A stretch of DNA of 64,000 nt from Auanema rhodensis (lineage: Eukaryota > Animalia > Nematoda). The notes beneath the pieces were generated by a model. The model was not told the DNA's origin, searched no databases, and saw only the letters and a list, made by a program, of their open reading frames with translations. Positions 54,701 through 64,000 of this stretch are shown in pieces. A program made the translations under genes and the position numbers. Location: positions 3,844,001-3,908,000 of the forward strand of contig OZ059895.1 of assembly GCA_964057225.1 (NCBI GenBank), read 5' to 3'. Within the stretch, counting starts at the first letter, position 1, and each line of letters opens with the position of its first letter.

Positions 54701-57700
54701 CTAATCAGACATGGATCTTTCCAAGTTCTGTTGCTTGAACGGATGTTTTCCTACGTAGGCTAGTAAAACATGCCCTTCAAAGCATCAGAACATGTGACCA
54801 CATTCCAATTTTTTTGTATCTATCTTGTAAAGATAGTAATATATCATATGTTGAACACTATGTTGGAAAGATTTTAATTCAGATTTTTTCAACTTTCACT
54901 CAGTTTGTTTTCTAAACTTTGATTGAGAACCTTGAGTTTTGTACACCCATAAATTATACGCAGCACAGGTTACCCTTAAATAATGAACTGACCGACTAAT
55001 CAGACATGGATCTTCCCAAGTTCTGTTGCTTGAATGGATGTTTTCCTACGTAGGCTAGTAAAACATGCCCTTCAAAGCATCAGAACATGTGATCACATTC
55101 CAATTTTTTTGTATCTATCTTGTAAAGATAGTAATAAACTTTGATTTTTGTACACCCATAAATTATACGCAGCACAGGTTACCCTTAAATAATGAACTGA
55201 CCGACTAATCAGACATGGATCTTTCCTAGTTCTGTTGCTTGAATGGATGTTTTCCAACGTAGGCTAGTAAAACATGCCCTTCAAAGCATCAGAACATGTG
55301 ATCACATTCCAATTTTTTTGTATCTATCTTGTAAAGATAGTAATAAACTTTGATTTTTGTACACCCATAAATTATACGCAGCACAGGTTACCCTTAAATA
55401 ATGAACTGACCGACTAATCAGACATGGATCTTCCCAAGTTCTGTTGCTTGAATGGATGTTTTCCTACGTAGGCTAGTAAAACATGCCTTTCAAAGCATCA
55501 GAACATGTGATCACATTCCAATTTTTTTGTATCTATCTTGTAAAAATAGTAATAAACTTTGATTTTTGTACACCCATAAATTATACGCAGCACAGGTTAC
55601 CCTTAAATAATGAACTGACCGACTAATCAGACATGGATCTTTCCAAGTTCTGTTGCTTGAACGGATGTTTTCCTACGTAGGCTAGTAAAACATGCCCTTC
55701 AAAGCATCAGAACATGTGACCACATTCCAATTTTTTTGTATCTATCTTGTAAAGATAGTAATATATCATATGTTGAACACTATGTTGGAAAGATTTTAAT
55801 TCAGATTTTTTCAACTTTCACTCAGTTTGTTTTCTAAACTTTGATTGAGAACCTTGAGTTTTGTACACCCATAAATTATACGCAGCACAGGTTACCCTTA
55901 AATAATGAACTGACCGACTAATCAGACATGGATCTTCCCAAGTTCTGTTGCTTGAATGGATGTTTTCCTACGTAGGCTAGTAAAACATGCCCTTCAAAGC
56001 ATCAGAACATGTGATCACATTCCAATTTTTTTGTATCTATCTTGTAAAGATAGTAATAAACTTTGATTTTTGTACACCCATAAATTATACGCAGCACAGG
56101 TTACCCTTAAATAATGAACTGACCGACTAATCAGACATGGATCTTTCCTAGTTCTGTTGCTTGAATGGATGTTTTCCAACGTAGGCTAGTAAAACATGCC
56201 CTTCAAAGCATCAGAACATGTGATCACATTCCAATTTTTTTGTATCTATCTTGTAAAGATAGTAATAAACTTTGATTTTTGTACACCCATAAATTATACG
56301 CAGCACAGGTTACCCTTAAATAATGAACTGACCGACTAATCAGACATGGATCTTCCCAAGTTCTGTTGCTTGAATGGATGTTTTCCTACGTAGGCTAGTA
56401 AAACATGCCTTTCAAAGCATCAGAACATGTGATCACATTCCAATTTTTTTGTATCTATCTTGTAAAAATAGTAATAAACTTTGATTTTTGTACACCCATA
56501 AATTATACGCAGCACAGGTTACCCTTAAATAATGAACTGACCGACTAATCAGACATGGATCTTTCCAAGTTCTGTTGCTTGAACGGATGTTTTCCTACGT
56601 AGGCTAGTAAAACATGCCCTTCAAAGCATCAGAACATGTGACCACATTCCAATTTTTTTGTATCTATCTTGTAAAGATAGTAATATATCATATGTTGAAC
56701 ACTAAGTTGGAAAGATTTTAATTCAGATTTTTTCAACTTTCACTCAGTTTGTTTTCTAAACTTTGATTAAGAACCTTGTTGTTTGTACACCCATAAAATA
56801 TACGCAGCACAGGTTACCCTTTAATAATGAACTGACCGACTAATCAGACATGGATCTTTCCTAGTTCTGTTGCTTGAATGGATGTTTTCCTACGTAGGCT
56901 AGTAAAACATGCCCTTCAAAGCATCAGAACATGTGATCACATTCCAATTTTTTTGTATCTATCTTGTAAAGATAGTAATAAACTTTGATTTTTGTACACC
57001 CATAAATTATACGCAGCACAGGTTACCCTTAAATAATGAACTGACCGACTAATCAGACATGGATCTTTCCAAGTTCTGTTGCTTGAACGGATGTTTTCCT
57101 ACGTAGGCTAGTAAAACATGCCCTTCAAAGCATCAGAACATGTGACCACATTCCAATTTTTTTGTATCTATCTTGTAAAGATAGTAATATATCATATGTT
57201 GAACACTAAGTTGGAAAGATTTTAATTCAGATTTTTTCAACTTTCACTCAGTTTGTTTTCTAAACTTTGATTAAGAACCTTGTTGTTTGTACACCCATAA
57301 AATATACGCAGCACAGGTTACCCTTAAATAATCAACTGACCGACTAATCAGACATGGATCTTCCCAAGTTCTGTTGCTTGAATGGATGTTTTCCTACGTA
57401 GGCTAGTAAAACATGCCCTTCAAAGCATCAGAACATGTGATCACATTCCAATTTTTTTGTATCTATCTTGTAAAGATAGTAATAAACTTTGATTTTTGTA
57501 CACCCATAAATTATACGCAGCACAGGTTACCCTTAAATAATGAACTGACCGACTAATCAGACATGGATCTTTCCAAGTTCTGTTGCTTGAACGGATGTTT
57601 TCCTACGTAGGCTAGTAAAACATGCCCTTCAAAGCATCAGAACATGTGACCACATTCCAATTTTTTTGTATCTATCTTGTAAAGATAGTAATATATCATA

Positions 57701-60700
57701 TGTTGAACACTATGTTGGAAAGATTTTAATTCAGATTTTTTCAACTTTCACTCAGTTTGTTTTCTAAACTTTGATTGAGAACCTTGATTTTTGTACACCC
57801 ATAAATTATACGCAGCACAGGTTACCCTTAAATAATGAACTGACCGACTAATCAGACATGGATCTTCCCAAGTTCTGTTGCTTGAATGGATGTTTTCCTA
57901 CGTAGGCTAGTAAAACATGCCCTTCAAAGCATCAGAACATGTGATCACATTCCAATTTTTTTGTATCTATCTTGTAAAGATAGTAATAAACTTTGATTTT
58001 TGTACACCCATAAATTATACGCAGCACAGGTTACCCTTAAATAATGAACTGACCGACTAATCAGACATGGATCTTTCCTAGTTCTGTTGCTTGAATGGAT
58101 GTTTTCCAACGTAGGCTAGTAAAACATGCCCTTCAAAGCATCAGAACATGTGATCACATTCCAATTTTTTTGTATCTATCTTGTAAAGATAGTAATAAAC
58201 TTTGATTTTTGTACACCCATAAATTATACGCAGCACAGGTTACCCTTAAATAATGAACTGACCGACTAATCAGACATGGATCTTTCCTAGTTCTGTTGCT
58301 TGAATGGATGTTTTCCTACGTAGGCTAGTAAAACATGCCCTTCAAAGCATCAGAACATGTGACCACATTCCAATTTTTTTGTATCTATCTTGTAAAGATA
58401 GTAATATATCATATGTTGAACACTATGTTGGAAAGATTTTAATTCAGATTTTCTAACTTTTATTCAGTTTGTTTTTTAAACTTTGATTAAGAACTTTGAT
58501 TTTTGTACACCCATAAATTACACGCAGCACAGGTTACCCTTAAATAATGAACTGACCGACTAATCAGACATGGATCTTTCCAAGTTCTGTTGCTTGAACG
58601 GATGTTTTCCTACGTAGGCTAGTAAAACATGCCCTTCAAAACATCAGAACATGTGACCACATTCCAATTTTTTTGTATCTATCTTGTAAAGATAGTAATA
58701 TATCATATGTTGAACACTAAGTTGGAAAGATTTTAATTCAGATTTTTTCAACTTTCACTCAGTTTGTTTTCTAAACTTTGATTAAGAACCTTGTTGTTTG
58801 TACACCCATAAAATATACGCAGCACAGGTTACCCTTAAATAATGAACTGACCGACTAATCAGACATGGATCTTTCCTAGTTCTGTTGCTTGAATGGATGT
58901 TTTCCTACGTAGGCTAGTAAAACATGCCCTTCAAAGCATCAGAACATGTGATCACATTCCAATTTTTTTGTATCTATCTTGTAAAGATAGTAATAAACTT
59001 TGATTTTTGTACACCCATAAATTATACGCAGCACAGGTTACCCTTAAATAATGAACTGACCGACTAATCAGACATGGATCTTTCCAAGTTCTGTTGCTTG
59101 AACGGATGTTTTCCTACGTAGGCTAGTAAAACATGCCCTTCAAAGCATCAGAACATGTGACCACATTCCAATTTTTTTGTATCTATCTTGTAAAGATAGT
59201 AATATATCATATGTTGAACACTAAGTTGGAAAGATTTTAATTCAGATTTTTTCAACTTTCACTCAGTTTGTTTTCTAAACTTTGATTAAGAACCTTGTTG
59301 TTTGTACACCCATAAAATATACGCAGCACAGGTTACCCTTAAATAATGAACTGACCGACTAATCAGACATGGATCTTCCCAAGTTCTGTTGCTTGAATGG
59401 ATGTTTTCCTACGTAGGCTAGTAAAACATGCCCTTCAAAGCATCAGAACATGTGATCACATTCCAATTTTTTTGTATCTATCTTGTAAAGATAGTAATAA
59501 ACTTTGATTTTTGTACACCCATAAATTATACGCAGCACAGGTTACCCTTAAATAATGAACTGACCGACTAATCAGACATGGATCTTTCCAAGTTCTGTTG
59601 CTTGAACGGATGTTTTCCTACGTAGGCTAGTAAAACATGCCCTTCAAAGCATCAGAACATGTGACCACATTCCAATTTTTTTGTATCTATCTTGTAAAGA
59701 TAGTAATATATCATATGTTGAACACTATGTTGGAAAGATTTTAATTCAGATTTTTTCAACTTTCACTCAGTTTGTTTTCTAAACTTTGATTGAGAACCTT
59801 GAGTTTTGTACACCCATAAATTATACGCAGCACAGGTTACCCTTAAATAATGAACTGACCGACTAATCAGACATGGATCTTCCCAAGTTCTGTTGCTTGA
59901 ATGGATGTTTTCCTACGTAGGCTAGTAAAACATGCCCTTCAAAGCATCAGAACATGTGATCACATTCCAATTTTTTTGTATCTATCTTGTAAAGATAGTA
60001 ATAAACTTTGATTTTTGTACACCCATAAATTATACGCAGCACAGGTTACCCTTAAATAATGAACTGACCGACTAATCAGACATGGATCTTTCCTAGTTCT
60101 GTTGCTTGAATGGATGTTTTCCAACGTAGGCTAGTAAAACATGCCCTTCAAAGCATCAGAACATGTGATCACATTCCAATTTTTTTGTATCTATCTTGTA
60201 AAGATAGTAATAAACTTTGATTTTTGTACACCCATAAATTATACGCAGCACAGGTTACCCTTAAATAATGAACTGACCGACTAATCAGACATGGATCTTT
60301 CCTAGTTCTGTTGCTTGAATGGATGTTTTCCTACGTAGGCTAGTAAAACATGCCCTTCAAAGCATCAGAACATGTGACCACATTCCAATTTTTTTGTATC
60401 TATCTTGTAAAGATAGTAATATATCATATGTTGAACACTAAGTTGGAAAGATTTTAATTCAGATTTTTTCAACTTTCACTCAGTTTGTTTTCTAAACTTT
60501 GATTAAGAACCTTGTTGTTTGTACACCCATAAAATATACGCAGCACAGGTTACCCTTAAATAATGAACTGACCGACTAATCAGACATGGATCTTTCCTAG
60601 TTCTGTTGCTTGAATGGATGTTTTCCTACGTAGGCTAGTAAAACATGCCCTTCAAAGCATCAGAACATGTGATCACATTCCAATTTTTTTGTATCTATCT

Positions 60701-63700
60701 TGTAAAGATAGTAATAAACTTTGATTTTTGTACACCCATAAATTATACGCAGCACAGGTTACCCTTAAATAATGAACTGACCGACTAATCAGACATGGAT
60801 CTTTCCAAGTTCTGTTGCTTGAACGGATGTTTTCCTACGTAGGCTAGTAAAACATGCCCTTCAAAGCATCAGAACATGTGACCACATTCCAATTTTTTTG
60901 TATCTATCTTGTAAAGATAGTAATATATCATATGTTGAACACTAAGTTGGAAAGATTTTAATTCAGATTTTTTCAACTTTCACTCAGTTTGTTTTCTAAA
61001 CTTTGATTAAGAACCTTGTTGTTTGTACACCCATAAAATATACGCAGCACAGGTTACCCTTAAATAATGAACTGACCGACTAATCAGACATGGATCTTTC
61101 CTAGTTCTGTTGCTTGAATGGATGTTTTCCTACGTAGGCTAGTAAAACATGCCCTTCAAAGCATCAGAACATGTGATCACATTCCAATTTTTTTGTATCT
61201 ATCTTGTAAAGATAGTAATAAACTTTGATTTTTGTACACCCATAAATTATACGCAGCACAGGTTACCCTTAAATAATGAACTGACCGACTAAACAGACAT
61301 GGATCTTTCCAAGTTCTGTTGCTTGAACGGATGTTTTCCTACGTAGGCTAGTAAAACATGCCCTTCAAAGCATCAGAACATGTGATCACATTCCAATTTT
61401 TTTGTATCTATCTTGTAAAGATAGTAATAAACTTTGATTTTTGTACACCCATAAATTATACGCAGCACAGGTTACCCTTAAATAATGAACTGACCGACTA
61501 ATCAGACATGGATCTTTCCTAGTTCTGTTGCTTGAATGGATGTTTTCCTACGTAGGCTAGTAAAACATGCCCTTCAAAGCATCAGAACATGTGATCACAT
61601 TCCAATTTTTTTGTATCTATCTTGTAAAGATAGTAATAAACTTTGATTTTTGTACACCCATAAATTATACGCAGCACAGGTTACCCTTAAATAATGAACT
61701 GACCGACTAATCAGACATGGATCTTCCCAAGTTCTGTTGCTTGAATGGATGTTTTCCTACGTAGGCTAGTAAAACATGCCCTTCAAAGCATCAGAACATG
61801 TGATCACATTCCAATTTTTTTGTATCTATCTTGTAAAGATAGTAATAAACTTTGATTTTTGTACACCCATAAATTATACGCAGCACAGGTTACCCTTAAA
61901 TAATGAACTGACCGACTAATCAGACATGGATCTTTCCTAGTTCTGTTGCTTGAATGGATGTTTTCCAACGTAGGCTAGTAAAACATGCCCTTCAAAGCAT
62001 CAGAACATGTGATCACATTCCAATTTTTTTGTATCTATCTTGTAAAGATAGTAATAAACTTTGATTTTTGTACACCCATAAATTATACGCAGCACAGGTT
62101 ACCCTTAAATAATGAACTGACCGACTAATCAGACATGGATCTTTCCTAGTTCTGTTGCTTGAATGGATGTTTTCCTACGTAGGCTAGTAAAACATGCCCT
62201 TCAAAGCATCAGAACATGTGACCACATTCCAATTTTTTTGTATCTATCTTGTAAAGATAGTAATATATCATATGTTGAACACTATGTTGGAAAGATTTTA
62301 ATTCAGATTTTCTAACTTTTATTCAGTTTGTTTTTTAAACTTTGATTAAGAACTTTGATTTTTGTACACCCATAAATTACACGCAGCACAGGTTACCCTT
62401 AAATAATGAACTGACCGACTAATCAGACATGGATCTTTCCAAGTTCTGTTGCTTGAACGGATGTTTTCCTACGTAGGCTAGTAAAACATGCCCTTCAAAG
62501 CATCAGAACATGTGACCACATTCCAATTTTTTTGTATCTATCTTGTAAAGATAGTAATATATCATATGTTGAACACTAAGTTGGAAAGATTTTAATTCAG
62601 ATTTTTTCAACTTTCACTCAGTTTGTTTTCTAAACTTTGATTAAGAACCTTGTTGTTTGTACACCCATAAAATATACGCAGCACAGGTTACCCTTAAATA
62701 ATGAACTGACCGACTAATCAGACATGGATCTTTCCTAGTTCTGTTGCTTGAATGGATGTTTTCCTACGTAGGCTAGTAAAACATGCCCTTCAAAGCATCA
62801 GAACATGTGATCACATTCCAATTTTTTTGTATCTATCTTGTAAAGATAGTAATAAACTTTGATTTTTGTACACCCATAAATTATACGCAGCACAGGTTAC
62901 CCTTAAATAATGAACTGACCGACTAATCAGACATGGATCTTTCCAAGTTCTGTTGCTTGAACGGATGTTTTCCTACGTAGGCTAGTAAAACATGCCCTTC
63001 AAAGCATCAGAACATGTGACCACATTCCAATTTTTTTGTATCTATCTTGTAAAGATAGTAATATATCATATGTTGAACACTAAGTTGGAAAGATTTTAAT
63101 TCAGATTTTTTCAACTTTCACTCAGTTTGTTTTCTAAACTTTGATTAAGAACCTTGTTGTTTGTACACCCATAAAATATACGCAGCACAGGTTACCCTTA
63201 AATAATGAACTGACCGACTAATCAGACATGGATCTTTCCTAGTTCTGTTGCTTGAATGGATGTTTTCCTACGTAGGCTAGTAAAACATGCCCTTCAAAGC
63301 ATCAGAACATGTGATCACATTCCAATTTTTTTGTATCTATCTTGTAAAGATAGTAATAAACTTTGATTTTTGTACACCCATAAATTATACGCAGCACAGG
63401 TTACCCTTAAATAATGAACTGACCGACTAATCAGACATGGATCTTTCCAAGTTCTGTTGCTTGAACGGATGTTTTCCTACGTAGGCTAGTAAAACATGCC
63501 CTTCAAAGCATCAGAACATGTGACCACATTCCAATTTTTTTGTATCTATCTTGTAAAGATAGTAATATATCATATGTTGAACACTAAGTTGGAAAGATTT
63601 TAATTCAGATTTTTTCAACTTTCACTCAGTTTGTTTTCTAAACTTTGATTAAGAACCTTGTTGTTTGTACACCCATAAAATATACGCAGCACAGGTTACC

Positions 63701-64000
63701 CTTAAATAATGAACTGACCGACTAATCAGACATGGATCTTCCCAAGTTCTGTTGCTTGAATGGATGTTTTCCTACGTAGGCTAGTAAAACATGCCCTTCA
63801 AAGCATCAGAACATGTGATCACATTCCAATTTTTTTGTATCTATCTTGTAAAGATAGTAATAAACTTTGATTTTTGTACACCCATAAATTATACGCAGCA
63901 CAGGTTACCCTTAAATAATGAACTGACCGACTAATCAGACATGGATCTTTCCAAGTTCTGTTGCTTGAACGGATGTTTTCCTACGTAGGCTAGTAAAACA
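24759..64000 (+). repeat. Domain dominated by the 504-bp S+La dimer, with S runs and Lb islands
   Basis: 209/295 alternation, for example at 25767, 26062, 26271, 26566 and 26775. Lb is confined to 35294-38312, 47754-51445 and single copies at 58244 and 62103. Confidence 0.88.
36424..56522 (+). repeat. Intra-array segmental duplication: about 36424-43094 versus about 47754-56522
   Basis: Shared ordered rare markers: GACCAAC+TGGTTCT (36718/48048), TTTTCATTCAG (38019/49055), CTCTTAAA, GGCAAGT (39026/51950), paired AAAAATAGT short monomers, and a 922-bp tetramer (41251,42173 / 54679,55601). Confidence 0.82.

Larger units (their letters stand above)
1..64000. repeat. Tandem satellite DNA array (209/294/295-bp monomers), running off both window ends; probably centromeric or pericentromeric
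   Basis: The motif CCTTAAATAATGAACTGACCGACTAATCAG recurs at 1, 296, 590, 884, 1093, 1302 and onward to the end of the window. I saw no unique sequence or inversion. The centromeric label is inference from homogeneity and HOR structure. Confidence 0.98.

Noticed and set aside
1-64000. CRISPR array or repeat-spacer system
   Set aside because: There are no unique spacers, the whole unit is repeated, and there are no cas or other genes.

Overview
The whole 64 kb window is one uninterrupted, head-to-tail satellite DNA array of roughly 250 monomers (about 30-35% GC). Neighbouring monomers differ by only a few substitutions, and all lie in the same orientation. I found no supportable gene, RNA gene, transposon insertion or CRISPR array. 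There are three monomer classes: a 295-bp long type (La), a 294-bp long type (Lb), and a 209-bp short type (S) that equals Lb minus a fixed 85-bp AT-rich module; a local 292-bp variant also occurs. Monomers form nested, locally changing higher-order repeats (HORs): a 22-mer of 5792 bp, a 9-mer of 2475 bp, a 6-mer of 1594 bp, an 8-mer of 2099 bp, a dominant 504-bp S+La dimer, and an 11-13 kb-offset segmental duplication. This organisation is typical of a eukaryotic centromeric or pericentromeric satellite (inference); I do not recognise the family or organism. The most notable internal property is dense dyad symmetry: a 67-bp degenerate palindrome, an adjacent 12-bp perfect palindrome, a 7-bp stem beside the deletion breakpoint, and an outer 10-bp inverted repeat that exists only in long monomers. 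The three listed 61-aa ORFs are chance products of variant combinations. All coordinates were counted by hand.
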